Origin: an uncultured Candidatus Cloacimonadota bacterium
Lineage (GTDB): Bacteria; Cloacimonadota; Cloacimonadia; Cloacimonadales; JAJBBL01
Reading direction: 5' to 3'
Length of the DNA stretch: 64,000 nt
Assembly (NCBI GenBank): GCA_964464175.1
Contig: CAYXFD010000008.1
Coordinates: 31,982 to 95,981, forward strand
This document shows, one piece after another, positions 10,279 to 23,536 of the stretch. Every line of letters begins with the position of its first letter. Positions within the stretch are counted from its first letter, which is position 1. The notes under the pieces were generated by a model. The model was not told the DNA's origin, ran no database searches, and was given only the letters and a program-made list of their open reading frames with translations. Both the position numbers and the translations under genes were made by a program.

Positions 10279-11402
10279 CTATCAGGTTTCTCCAAGTCTC
10301 TGTTAGTTTTTCCTTCCACTTCTGATTTAGCCTTCAATTGATTCTTTGTTACAACGATGGGGATAGAGTCGAGTTTCACTCCAAAAAGATAGAATCCTAC
10401 CCCGAAAAACAGAACGGAGATGATAAGCAGGATATGGGAATTTGTTCTCAGAATAATTATCGTCAGTAAGACGATAATGATGTTGATAAGATAGACAACC
10501 AAACTGGTTATCTTCGGAGATTTCAAGGCGTTTACGATCCGGTGGGTCGAGTGATCCTTTCCTCCCTGAGTCACTCTTCTTCCGTCCCGTTTACGGGTGT
10601 AACTGACCAGACAGATATCAAACAACGGGAAGCTTAACAATAAAACCGGTAAAAGAAAGTACAGGTTGTTATTCATTCTGATCACCGCTAACTTTCCGGT
10701 CAAAATTCCCATCGAGGCAAGAAAATATCCGATAAACAAACTTCCGGCATCACCAAGAAACATCTTCGCCGGATTAAAATTATAGGGGAGAAATCCGAAT
10801 ACTGCACCGGCAAAAGTGAGTGACAGTAATGAAATATAATGCATCTGAGCGACAAGAGAGGTTGTTTTGGTCATGAAAGCAATACTATAAAAACCCAAAG
10901 CCAGGATACCGGAAACCCCCGTGCTTATCCCGTCCATATTGTCGAGAAAATTGAAGGCATTTATCAGGCTTACCATCCAGAACAACAAAATTGGAAGAGT
11001 AATAAAAGCCGGTCCGAACAGGGTTGTTAGGTCATTGGAGATCAGAAAGATCAGGGAAGCAATTATCTGAGCAAGGAATTTTACACCAGGTCTTAATGAA
11101 TAACGGTCATCGAGTAAGCCGATGATCATTATCAGCAAGGCTCCTCCTAAATACCCTGTCAGAGCTCTATCAAATTGTCTGTGAGGAACGATCAGGATAT
11201 CGTAGATTACCATGATGAAGAAGCCGGTGAAGACTGCTAAACCACCTAAGAGGGGGATACTATGGGCATGTATCTTCCGCTGCGAAGGATTATCGACAAA
11301 ATTTGTCTTCAAAGCCAACTTTCTGATAAAGGGGGTTAATCCAAATACCAGAAGAAATGACAACCCTAAAGCCAGGGCATATTCATATATCGATGCATTC
11401 AT
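10275..11402 (-). CDS. MraY/WecA-family (GT4) polyprenyl-phosphate N-acetylhexosamine-1-phosphate transferase
   Basis: 375 aa, about 10 TM segments. Motifs LLDDRYSL and NAFNFLDNMDG are typical of glycosyltransferase family 4. Confidence 0.85.
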   Translation of the reverse strand: MNASIYEYALALGLSFLLVFGLTPFIRKLALKTNFVDNPSQRKIHAHSIPLLGGLAVFTGFFIMVIYDILIVPHRQFDRALTGYLGGALLIMIIGLLDDRYSLRPGVKFLAQIIASLIFLISNDLTTLFGPAFITLPILLFWMVSLINAFNFLDNMDGISTGVSGILALGFYSIAFMTKTTSLVAQMHYISLLSLTFAGAVFGFLPYNFNPAKMFLGDAGSLFIGYFLASMGILTGKLAVIRMNNNLYFLLPVLLLSFPLFDICLVSYTRKRDGRRVTQGGKDHSTHRIVNALKSPKITSLVVYLINIIIVLLTIIILRTNSHILLIISVLFFGVGFYLFGVKLDSIPIVVTKNQLKAKSEVEGKTNRDLEKPDR

Positions 11403-11742
11403 GCGAATGGTTTTTCCTCTTTTTAATTATCAAAACAATCTCTCAGTGATGTTCGTTTCTGTCAAAGATTTTATCAGACCAAAGGTGAGGCGAAAAGCAA
11501 ACTCTCTTTTGTCTTGAGAGAACCCCAATATTTCAACTGAAAAGGAACCTGGCCTCTTTTGCCGGAGTTGATTACCATACCGGCAGAGAAATGAGAAGAC
11601 ATCTGTCTTGTATAAAATATCAGTGAGACGGTTTTTTTCTTGACGGCAAAGGTTTTCCCGAAAAAGATATAGCAAGAAAAAGATTCTGTCAGGTAATGAC
11701 GGAAAGTAATTTTTATTATTAGCAAAGACCAAGGAGAGCGAG

Positions 11743-15419
<3,677 letters not shown>

Positions 15420-15542
15420 TTCCTGTTCAGAAGCCCTTGTTGCTTGTCTGTCCCTGAAAAAGGAGGCAATGAAAGTTGTTCCGGAAAAGATCTTTTAGGG
15501 TTAAGTCTGTCAGGTTCAGAGTAGGGAAATGACTGTAAACTC

Positions 15543-16655
15543 TTAGTCTGAATATCCTTTGTTGCCGTAATCGCGGAAAAAACCGAATTCCTGCTGCTCC
15601 TCTCTCTCTGCTTTCTCTTCTGTATCAAGGTTAGACAGAGAGATACCCAAAAGACGGATTCCTCTGTTGTGCCGGTAATTGCAGGCTAAGAGTGCAGTCG
15701 CAGTTTGGAAGAGTGTCTTTTCATCATTAAAATAATAAGGTTTGCTCAGGCATCTTGTCTGTAGAGTGAAATCATTGTACTTTAACTTAAGAGTGACCGT
15801 TTTCCCTTTTATCCCTTTTTCTGTCAGAATAGCCGATACATCATGGGCTATCTTTCGCAAAACAGCCTCCATTTCCGTAAGACTATAAAGATCCCTGGCA
15901 AATGTCCTCTCTTTTCCTAATGACCTTCTTGTTCTGCTGACAGTTACTTTTCTCCGGTCTATTCCTCTGACAATCGAGTGATAATAACTGCCGGCTTTGC
16001 CGAAATGTTTTATCAGTTCGGCCAGCGGCACTTTCTTTAAATCTCTTCCCGTCCTGATTCCCAGGTTGTGCATCCTCTCTGCTGTTGCTTTACCTATCCC
16101 GTGAAATTTTCTGATATCCAGTTCTTCCAGGATTGTGAGTGCTGTTTCAGGAGAGATTACCGTTAATCCATCAGGTTTATGCATTTCAGAAGCTATTTTT
16201 GCTAAAAATTTATTGAAGGAGACCCCTGCCGAAGCAGTTAATCTTAAGGATTGCTTTATTCTTTCCTTGATCTTCCCGGCAAGTTTGGCTGCTGCTTCTA
16301 TGTCTCTGGTTTGCTCGCTGACATCAAGATAGGCTTCGTCTATAGAGACCGATTCCACCAGCGGGGTAAATTCCAGAAATATCTGTTTCAATTCTCTCCC
16401 GATCTTGCTGTAAATATCATAACGACCGGAAACAAAGATTGCTTTCGGACAGAGCTTAAACGCCAGGTAACTCGGCATGGCCGAGTGTATCCCATACCTT
16501 CTCGCCTCGTAGGAGCAGGTTGAAACTACACCCCGGCTGTTGGGAGGGCCGCCGACGATAAGGGGTTTTCCCCTGTATTGCGGGAAATCCCGCATTTCAA
16601 CAGCGGCAAAAAAGGCATCCATGTCGATATGAATAATTCTTACATTTTCCTGCAT
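15543..16655 (-). CDS. dinB: DNA polymerase IV (Y-family)
   Basis: 370 aa. Motifs IIHIDMDAFFAAVE and SIDEAYLDV, and an HhH region GIGKATAERM. Confidence 0.95.
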   Translation of the reverse strand: MQENVRIIHIDMDAFFAAVEMRDFPQYRGKPLIVGGPPNSRGVVSTCSYEARRYGIHSAMPSYLAFKLCPKAIFVSGRYDIYSKIGRELKQIFLEFTPLVESVSIDEAYLDVSEQTRDIEAAAKLAGKIKERIKQSLRLTASAGVSFNKFLAKIASEMHKPDGLTVISPETALTILEELDIRKFHGIGKATAERMHNLGIRTGRDLKKVPLAELIKHFGKAGSYYHSIVRGIDRRKVTVSRTRRSLGKERTFARDLYSLTEMEAVLRKIAHDVSAILTEKGIKGKTVTLKLKYNDFTLQTRCLSKPYYFNDEKTLFQTATALLACNYRHNRGIRLLGISLSNLDTEEKAEREEQQEFGFFRDYGNKGYSD

Positions 16656-16716
16656 GACCTGATAGCCAGCTCTACCTGTGTTTAGTTGTCAAGATCAAGA
16701 TGAAGATATTAGAAAC

Positions 16717-16749
16717 AAAAAAAGGCGGATTACATAGTAAACCGCCTTT
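16717..16749 (-). terminator. rho-independent terminator downstream of hup
   Basis: The minus-strand RNA reads AAAGGCGG-(13-nt loop)-CCGCCUUU followed by UUUUGUUUC, 17 nt after the hup stop. Confidence 0.55.
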
Positions 16750-16765
16750 CACAAAATCCGAAAAA

Positions 16766-17038
16766 TTACTTAACAGCCTGTTTAAGCTTGCTGCCGGCTT
16801 TGAAAACCGGAACTTTTCTGGCTGCGATGGTAATTTTGGCACCGGTTTGCGGATTGACACCCATTCTTTTCTTTCTTTTAGAAACAGAAAAAGTACCAAA
16901 TCCCACAAATGTGACCTTGTCGCCTTTCTTTAAGGCTCCTGAAACACCATTTAACAGAGAAGTTAAAGCTATTCCAGCCTGTTTTTTAGTAATTTCTGCG
17001 TCGGAAGCGATCTTTGCGATCAATTCATCTCTTTTCAT
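16766..17038 (-). CDS. hup: DNA-binding protein HU
   Basis: 90 aa. MKRDELIAKIA...GFGTFSVSKRKKRMGVNPQTGAKITIAARKVPVFKAGSKLK is a canonical HU/IHF fold sequence. Confidence 0.95.
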   Translation of the reverse strand: MKRDELIAKIASDAEITKKQAGIALTSLLNGVSGALKKGDKVTFVGFGTFSVSKRKKRMGVNPQTGAKITIAARKVPVFKAGSKLKQAVK

Positions 17039-17319
17039 ATTTCCACCTCCATTATTTAGGATGCACGAAAGCTAAACACACTGAGATATCTGTCAATATA
17101 AATCTATAGTTAGCAAGGTTTTAAAGAACCTGCCAGGAGTTTCTGACCTAAAAACAGCGGTGAACAGCAGAGGACAGAATATGTAATTAAGTTGTAGTAG
17201 AGGAAGTAATTAGATTGTTTGATAATGGTTAAAAAAACAAATACAGGGCTTGATAAAAAGAGGGAAAAAAATTTCTAAAAAGTTAGTTGCTGCTCGAGGT
17301 GGCTGTTTTTCATTCATCA

Positions 17320-18153
17320 TCAAGTAAGCGGGAATTTCAGCAGTTTTTTGTCTGGTTGATGATTAAAAACCAGATATCCCTGCTTCTCTTTTAAATCAGC
17401 GAGAATTCTCTCTTTGTAAAAAAAAGTCTTGTTACGGGAAACATCATAAGCTGAGGTTACCGGTAGATGAAGATGTAAGTCGTGCGGTATCAGATCTCCG
17501 GGATAATAACAGAGTTCACCTTCACTCTCTATCCTGACGACTTGAGTTGCATTGGTGTGACCTGAGGTGAGCAGCAATGATATTTCTGGACTAAGTTCAA
17601 AGTTCCCTTCGATCAGCTTAAGAGAGTGACTCCGGGCGAGTAATTGCAGGGGCTTGTTAAAACGGTATGCTGCTTCATTTAGTTTATCCGGAGAATGGGC
17701 AGTTTGCCACTCCTCCTTTTGGATGATATGGATAGCTTGGGGAAACATCAGTTCTTCCTGCCCGTTCTCCAGACGCCAGATGCCCCCGATATGATCATGA
17801 TGCAGATGGGTCAGGACAAGAAAATCGAGTTCATCAGGGGAGCAGCCGCAATCCGAGAGTTTTTCCAGCAGTTGACACGGCTCAGGAGAGTAGATCTTTT
17901 CTGTCTGAGGGTCATGATGATAACCGAGGCCACTATCAATAAGCAGATTGAACCGGGGCGTCTTGAGCAGCATCAGGTTGGCAGCCAGCTCGATCCGGTG
18001 CTTTTTGTCCGGAGTTACCTTTTTTTCCCAGAGAGATCTGGGGTAAACACCAAAGGAAGCACCACCGTCACTACGGAAGCTGCCGGCATTGAAAACAAAA
18101 CACTCGATCTTACCGACCCGGAATTGAACAATATCTGATTCTTCCACATGCAT
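17320..18153 (-). CDS. MBL-fold metallo-hydrolase
   Basis: 277 aa with motif LVLTHLHHDHIGG. The substrate is unknown. Confidence 0.75.
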   Translation of the reverse strand: MHVEESDIVQFRVGKIECFVFNAGSFRSDGGASFGVYPRSLWEKKVTPDKKHRIELAANLMLLKTPRFNLLIDSGLGYHHDPQTEKIYSPEPCQLLEKLSDCGCSPDELDFLVLTHLHHDHIGGIWRLENGQEELMFPQAIHIIQKEEWQTAHSPDKLNEAAYRFNKPLQLLARSHSLKLIEGNFELSPEISLLLTSGHTNATQVVRIESEGELCYYPGDLIPHDLHLHLPVTSAYDVSRNKTFFYKERILADLKEKQGYLVFNHQPDKKLLKFPLT

Positions 18154-18236
18154 AACGATCTTTCCTCATCCTGATCCAGGCTCTGAATCTACCACTCTTT
18201 TTAACGTCAGGTCAAAAACAGAGATATTCGGGGATA

Positions 18237-18905
18237 TTATTTGCCGGGTCTTTTTTTAGCAGCCGGTTTAGCCGGAATCTCGCTTTCTGAGGGATAGACA
18301 ACAATTCGTTTCATTTCCCCTTTGCCGATACTCATCGTTCTGACCTGAGCATCTTTTTCCAGTTGATTGTAGATGATCCTTCTGTCAGAGGCGTTCATTG
18401 CTTCCAGGGTAATGCTTTTATTTCTCTTTTTGACCTTTTTGACGATCAGAGAGAGTTTTTTCAGCAGGTTCTCCTCATGGAGATCACGATAGTTGTCGAT
18501 ATTGAGGATTACCCGGCTTCTTTCGTCATTCCCGTTTTCCAGCACCCTGTTCATCAGGTGCTGAATACTGTTAAGCATTCTTCCCTCTTTACCGATAAGG
18601 AAACCGGGCTTATCTACACCTTTAACATGGATATAATAGTAATTATCTTTATAGGAGATATCCATCTCTTTGCAAGAGATATCCATTCGTTTGAGCAATC
18701 CCTCTAAAAAGCTCTTTAAAACATCTTCTTCTTCAGGTACCATAAATTTGACTACCGCAGGTTTTTTGCCGAGAAGATTGAGCAATCCTCTCGAACCTTT
18801 TTCAATAATAGTGAAACTAACATCTTCCTTCTGCAAATTGTACTCTTTCAGGAACTCGTCAATCGTTTTTTCCAGGGTTCTTCCTTCTCGTTGAATCTCT
18901 TTCAT
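18237..18905 (-). CDS. jag: Jag/KhpB RNA-binding protein (KH + R3H domains)
   Basis: 222 aa. It sits directly downstream of yidC and has a C-terminal R3H pattern (MNASDRRIIYNQLEKDAQVRTMSIGKGEMKRIVVYP). Confidence 0.85.
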   Translation of the reverse strand: MKEIQREGRTLEKTIDEFLKEYNLQKEDVSFTIIEKGSRGLLNLLGKKPAVVKFMVPEEEDVLKSFLEGLLKRMDISCKEMDISYKDNYYYIHVKGVDKPGFLIGKEGRMLNSIQHLMNRVLENGNDERSRVILNIDNYRDLHEENLLKKLSLIVKKVKKRNKSITLEAMNASDRRIIYNQLEKDAQVRTMSIGKGEMKRIVVYPSESEIPAKPAAKKRPGK

Positions 18906-18925
18906 GTAAAAATCCTTATTTATTC

Positions 18926-20578
18926 TTAGCGGTTAAATTTCTTTACTATATAGTATTGTTGAATGATGGAGAAGACATTGAATACCGTCCAGTAGAGTAC
19001 TAATCCCGAAGGGAGTGTTCTGAAAATGAACACCATAAAGACCGGCATAATGTACATCATCATCTTCTGACTCTGCATCTGGGCAAGCTGTTTCTCGTCC
19101 ATTTTCTCTTTATCAGCAGGCTGCTTGGGAGCCATCATCTTCTGCTGGACAAACATAAAGATACCCATCAAAATAGGGAGTATCAGGTAGGGATCAGGTT
19201 CCAAGAGATCGGTCAGCCAGAGCATAAAGGATGCCTGCCTCAATTCCACCGAATATCTGAGAACAGGATACAAGGCAAAAAAGATCGGCATTTGCAGAAG
19301 CAGCGGGAAACAGCCGCCAAGAGGATTTACCCCGTGTTCTTTATACAACTTTTGTAACTCTGTCTGCATCTGTTTAGGGTCGGACTTATACTTTCTCTGT
19401 ATCTCCTGCATATATGGCTGAACTTTCTGCATCTTATGGGTCGAAGAGAAACTCTTGTGAGTCAGAGGATAGAGGACGATCTTCAGGATTAGAGCAAAAA
19501 ATATGATGGTAATCCCGTAATTGCCGAATACCTTGTTCAGGTTGGTCAGCAGCCAGAGAAAGAAACGTCCCAGCGGTCTGATGAACTTCCAGCCCATCTC
19601 TATCGTTTCTTCCAGTCCGACACCATAACGCTGCAAGTGTACATAATCAAGCGGACCTAAATACAATTCATAGCTGTCAAGCAGTTCTCCGGCAACCCGG
19701 GAAGGAACTACTGTCAGTTCGAAAGCAGGACTCTCGTTGTTCTCAAAAACTTTTACGTTGTCGGTCAACAATCTTTGTTCCGGGAGAACAGCCATGATGA
19801 AATACTTGGAACGGATAGCCGCCCAATCGGCATTACCTCTGATTATCTCGGCTTCCTTCAGCTTGCGGAGCTGGATATTAGTTCGGGTATTCTGGATCTG
19901 ACCGATAAATCGGTAATCGGTATCTTTTTGGCGGATAGTTTCTTCCGTATCACTGATTCCGCTCCCGAAACTGAGCTGGTAAGATCTTATCTCTCCGATC
20001 CCTGAGATCAAAATATCCTGATGTAGAGAATAATCATCATTTATCCGGAATCTCTTTTCGATCAGTCTCTGGTTTTCATTCTCCAAATAGAAGGTAAGGG
20101 CCTGACCATCATAATGGTCGGATCTTTCCCAGTTGAATACGATCCCGTCCAGGGAAACGAAGGTTTCTGATGTCTCTATTTCCAGCCCTGCTAATGATTC
20201 CCCTGCCGGTATGAGATTGACCGGATTTACCTTGTCGTAATGGTAAAAGTTGTGGAGCAAAACACTCTTCAGAACTCCGCCCCGGTTAGAAAATACCAGG
20301 GTCATCAGTTCGTTTTCCAGCCTGAGATTATCAACTACCGGAATATCATCACTCTCGAAAAGCTCCTGACCGGGAGAAGTCAGATCAACTATATCTGTGT
20401 GGGGAGTATCCCTGTCAATCACATCCCTGCGTAACTCTTCGTAAGCATCATCCCGTTCGACTGTTTCGCTTACCGTTGTTTCAGCTTCTACGGGTGCTTT
20501 TCTTTTCCAGATCAATTCGTTGCTTAACCAAAAAATGGCAAAGATCAATACCAGGGCGATTAAAGTTCGTTTTTCCAA
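18926..20578 (-). CDS. yidC: membrane protein insertase YidC
   Basis: 550 aa. It has a long periplasmic P1 domain and then the conserved 5-TM core (YGITIIFFALILKIVLYPLT...GCFPLLLQMPIFFALY). TTG start, 6 nt after GGAGG. Confidence 0.95.
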   Translation of the reverse strand: MEKRTLIALVLIFAIFWLSNELIWKRKAPVEAETTVSETVERDDAYEELRRDVIDRDTPHTDIVDLTSPGQELFESDDIPVVDNLRLENELMTLVFSNRGGVLKSVLLHNFYHYDKVNPVNLIPAGESLAGLEIETSETFVSLDGIVFNWERSDHYDGQALTFYLENENQRLIEKRFRINDDYSLHQDILISGIGEIRSYQLSFGSGISDTEETIRQKDTDYRFIGQIQNTRTNIQLRKLKEAEIIRGNADWAAIRSKYFIMAVLPEQRLLTDNVKVFENNESPAFELTVVPSRVAGELLDSYELYLGPLDYVHLQRYGVGLEETIEMGWKFIRPLGRFFLWLLTNLNKVFGNYGITIIFFALILKIVLYPLTHKSFSSTHKMQKVQPYMQEIQRKYKSDPKQMQTELQKLYKEHGVNPLGGCFPLLLQMPIFFALYPVLRYSVELRQASFMLWLTDLLEPDPYLILPILMGIFMFVQQKMMAPKQPADKEKMDEKQLAQMQSQKMMMYIMPVFMVFIFRTLPSGLVLYWTVFNVFSIIQQYYIVKKFNR

Positions 20579-20593
20579 ATTATTCCTCCTTCA

Positions 20594-20818
20594 TCAAGGC
20601 AACGGGTCATAGCCGCCGGGATGATAGGGATGACATTTAACAATTCGTTTAACACTCAGAAACAAAGCAGTTATGAAACTGTATTTTTCAAATGCCTGTC
20701 GTGAATACTCACTACAGCTTGGCCGGAACCGGCAGCAGGGGGGGATTACAGCCGAGATAATCCTCTGGTAAATAGTTATCAGAAATATTATGACTTTATT
20801 CAACATGAGTTGTCTCAA
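20594..20818 (-). CDS. yidD: membrane protein insertion efficiency factor YidD
   Basis: 74 aa. Signature CCRFRPSCSEYS ... CHPYHPGGYDP. Confidence 0.9.
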   Translation of the reverse strand: MRQLMLNKVIIFLITIYQRIISAVIPPCCRFRPSCSEYSRQAFEKYSFITALFLSVKRIVKCHPYHPGGYDPLP

Positions 20819-20865
20819 TACTTTTAAAGATGCCCACTCGGCTCAGGCAGCTCATTTCTCTCTCT

Positions 20866-21207
20866 CTACCCTTCTGCACCGGAGCGGGTTTCGATTGAGG
20901 CAAAACTTCTGTCCAGATCACGGGTTATTTCTGCCCAGCCTGCTTCTGCAGCATTGTCCCTGGCGATAATTATTGCCGACATGCTGCGGTCAAAATGTTC
21001 GCTTCTCTGCTGAAGATATGCCCTGATTCTACGTTTTAGTTTGTTACGGATAACTGCTTTTCCTACTTTAGCTCTGATTACAATTCCAATTGCCGCTTCC
21101 TCTTCCCCGGATCTGAACCTGTAGAGCACCGTAAAAAAACTCCCCGTGACCTTACGGTGGCTTTGATAGGTCTCCCGGTACTCGGAAGTCTTCTTAATGA
21201 ACCGCAT
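20866..21207 (-). CDS. rnpA: ribonuclease P protein component
   Basis: 113 aa. The GKAVIRNKLKRRIRA motif is present, and the gene sits between rpmH and yidD. Confidence 0.85.
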   Translation of the reverse strand: MRFIKKTSEYRETYQSHRKVTGSFFTVLYRFRSGEEEAAIGIVIRAKVGKAVIRNKLKRRIRAYLQQRSEHFDRSMSAIIIARDNAAEAGWAEITRDLDRSFASIETRSGAEG

Positions 21208-21211
21208 TAGC

Positions 21212-21346
21212 TCATACGGTCAGGTTTTTTCGCCCTCTGGCTCTACGCCTTTTTAATACTAAACGACCACCACGGCTTGACATCCTGCTGCGGAAACCGT
21301 GCTTGTTTCTTCGCTTTCTATTATGAGGCTGATATGTTCTCTTCAT
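21212..21346 (-). CDS. rpmH: 50S ribosomal protein L34
   Basis: Not in the ORF track because it is 44 aa. Hand translation gives [44 protein letters not shown]. The RBS GGAG lies upstream, and the stop lies 4 nt before the rnpA start codon. Confidence 0.95.
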   Translation of the reverse strand: MKRTYQPHNRKRRNKHGFRSRMSSRGGRLVLKRRRARGRKNLTV

Positions 21347-21899
21347 TGCTAATCTCCTTCAAAATCATTCATATCAAGTCTTTGTACTATTCTGTACCTC
21401 TGTTTTTTCAATGAATTACAACAAATTAGTTAACCGTTTCTATGTCAAGCAGAAACAAGATACGATTACCCTCCCCCTCTTTAGATTCTACAGAAATTGG
21501 CGGACATCTGCCAGAGTTGTCAACGGCAGTTAATCTGCACTTTTTTAATCTTGAAAGACTAAGATACTGCTTTTTCCGCGTTGATTGCGGCTTATACCAT
21601 TTATACATGACAGGAGAAAAGCAATTGCTGACTGCGTGAACTACCCGATCAATTTTCTTACATTAGTTATGTGATTTAATGGATATGGATAAATCGTTCA
21701 ATTTCCATCAAAGCTGACCACAGTTACAGGATGCTTTACTCATCTGAGGTTACTAACTATTTATTCAAGGGGTTAGTTTCTGATGGATATTAGTTTGAAT
21801 TACTTCTGTCTGCAATGACCGTATAGCAGCTGGAGAAAACGGTTGACAATAATTCCTTACTCTCAGAATAATTATCAAAAAGGAGAAGGCGTTTTTGTA

Positions 21900-23381
21900 A
21901 TGTCAAACGATCTGAACAACATTCCGAATACCAAAGAAATGAGCAAAAAGCACGATAGCAATGATTTTGAGAACATGTCTAAGGGTGAACTTTTGGCAAT
22001 TTTAATAGGTCAGGGGATGAAAAGAGGGGATGCTAAGCAGCTTGCAGACAATATTATCAAGGTTTACGGAGATAAGTTGTTAGATCTTACGATAGATGAT
22101 TTACAGGTTTTTCCTAGTATAGGAAGAGACAAAGCATTACGAATTTTTTCAGCGTTAGTGTTAGTAAAGAAGCTTTGTAAAGAGAACCAATCCCCTGAAG
22201 TCATACTTGAATTGCTGCAAGAAACATGTTACAATGGAAGGATTGAAAGAGACTACGTAACCGAAGATTCCCAAACTACTGTTTTTGAGCTTTTGGGACT
22301 AAGAAATCCTATAAGTGAAGTTTTTCTCAATGAGATTCCAGAGCTTCAAAAATCGCGAGAAAAAAAGTTGAGGCAAGGATACTTTGGTTTACATAATCGA
22401 AGATTTTTAGGCAACAAATTTAAATTACTCGCATTTATTGAGGACATAGTTAATGAAAAATGTAACGATTATCAGGTGTTTTGTGACATATTTGCTGGGA
22501 CAGGAGTCGTAGCTGAGAGATTTAATAATAAAGACATCAAACTAATCGTTAATGATTTCCTGAAGAGTAATTATACGGCGGTAAAGGCTTTTTTGGGTAT
22601 TTCGCAAATCAACTATTCTCAGATTCAGAAGAAAATCGATTTTCTTAATAACTTGGAAGCAAGAGAAGAGAATTATTTCTCCAAGAATTTTGGGAACACG
22701 TATTTCACTCTTGAGAATGCTCGCAAGATTGGTTATATCAGAGAGATGATAGATCAGATTGCTGAGAATGAAGAAGAAAGAGTAATATTGTTAACTACAT
22801 TGATCTTTGCGACAGATAAAGTTGCTAATACCGTCGGGCACTATGATGCCTTCAGAAAGAAGATGGATTCACAGCAGTCTCTTCAACTCCTGTATCCCGA
22901 TCTTAAACCAGCAAATAATATTGTTAACGAAGTATATAACGAGGATGCCAATCAGTTGATCGGGAGAATTGATTGTGATGTTCTATATATTGACCCTCCC
23001 TATAATTCAAGGCAGTATTCAGATGCTTATCATCTGTTGGAAAACTTAGTGTGCTGGGAAAAGCCTCAAGTTTATGGAAAAGCTAAGAAAATGAATCGTA
23101 CTCACATTAAAAGTGCCTATTGCTTACAAACTGCCTGTGAAGCTTTTAGAGATTTGATTATGAAAGCTAAGTGTAAGCATATACTTCTGTCTTATAACAA
23201 TACCGGAGAAACCAAAGATGGCAGATCAAATGCAAAGATTAGTGATTTTCAGATCATAGAGATACTTCAAAGCAGAGGTAAAGTTGAAGTCTTTGAAAGA
23301 GACTATAAAGCATTTACTACCGGAAAGAGCAATGGAGACGGAAATACGGAAAGAGTGTTTTATTGCCAGGTAATGAGGTAA
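21900..23381 (+). CDS. N6-adenine DNA methyltransferase (D12/Dam class) with RadC-type HhH N-terminal domain
   Basis: Motif I DIFAGTG precedes motif IV LYIDPPYNS, which is the alpha/Dam-like order. The N-terminal ~110 aa match the RadC/UPF0758 HhH pattern (ELLAILIGQG...LADNIIKVYGDKLLDL..DDLQVFPSIGRDKALRI). I prefer the ATG at 21900 (RBS AAAGGAGAAGG). The track's TTG at 21843 is itself a TTGACA -35-like hexamer, with AATAAT 18 nt downstream. Confidence 0.85.
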   Translation: MSNDLNNIPNTKEMSKKHDSNDFENMSKGELLAILIGQGMKRGDAKQLADNIIKVYGDKLLDLTIDDLQVFPSIGRDKALRIFSALVLVKKLCKENQSPEVILELLQETCYNGRIERDYVTEDSQTTVFELLGLRNPISEVFLNEIPELQKSREKKLRQGYFGLHNRRFLGNKFKLLAFIEDIVNEKCNDYQVFCDIFAGTGVVAERFNNKDIKLIVNDFLKSNYTAVKAFLGISQINYSQIQKKIDFLNNLEAREENYFSKNFGNTYFTLENARKIGYIREMIDQIAENEEERVILLTTLIFATDKVANTVGHYDAFRKKMDSQQSLQLLYPDLKPANNIVNEVYNEDANQLIGRIDCDVLYIDPPYNSRQYSDAYHLLENLVCWEKPQVYGKAKKMNRTHIKSAYCLQTACEAFRDLIMKAKCKHILLSYNNTGETKDGRSNAKISDFQIIEILQSRGKVEVFERDYKAFTTGKSNGDGNTERVFYCQVMR

Positions 23382-23384
23382 CGA

Positions 23385-23536
23385 ATGAGAAAACCATGGT
23401 CGATATCTACTACAGTTAGAAATCCTGATCGTTTGCGAAGTTTTTCGAGAGTATTACAAGATTTGGAAGGAGAGCCTTTCAATGCGGGAAATCAAATACT
23501 TTTCCAAATTCTGCTAATTAAAAACAGACTTTATAC
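23385..23536 (+). pseudogene. 5' fragment (50 codons) of an AlwI-family type II restriction endonuclease, interrupted by an IS
   Basis: It starts 4 nt after the methyltransferase stop. MRKPWSISTTVRNPDRLRSFSRVLQDLEGEPF matches the N-terminal W..S....R.P[ED][KR][IL]...L..LEG pattern as I recall it from the AlwI/N.BstNBI/PleI family. The reading frame enters the IS inverted repeat at 23537 and dies at 23576. Confidence 0.6.

Noticed and set aside
16672-17075. ORFs 16672..16908 (-), 16700..16933 (+) and 16788..17075 (+) around hup
   Set aside because: They are alternative-frame or antisense shadows of the unambiguous HU gene (16766..17038 -) and its terminator.
21347-21842. Possible oriC upstream of rpmH, and the mutually antisense ORFs 21426..21608 (-) and 21442..21639 (+)
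   Set aside because: I found only one near-consensus DnaA box (TTATCCATA). There is no box cluster, no obvious AT-rich 13-mer unwinding element and no dnaA gene nearby. The two ORFs overlap each other almost completely, lack RBSs and have no recognisable motifs.
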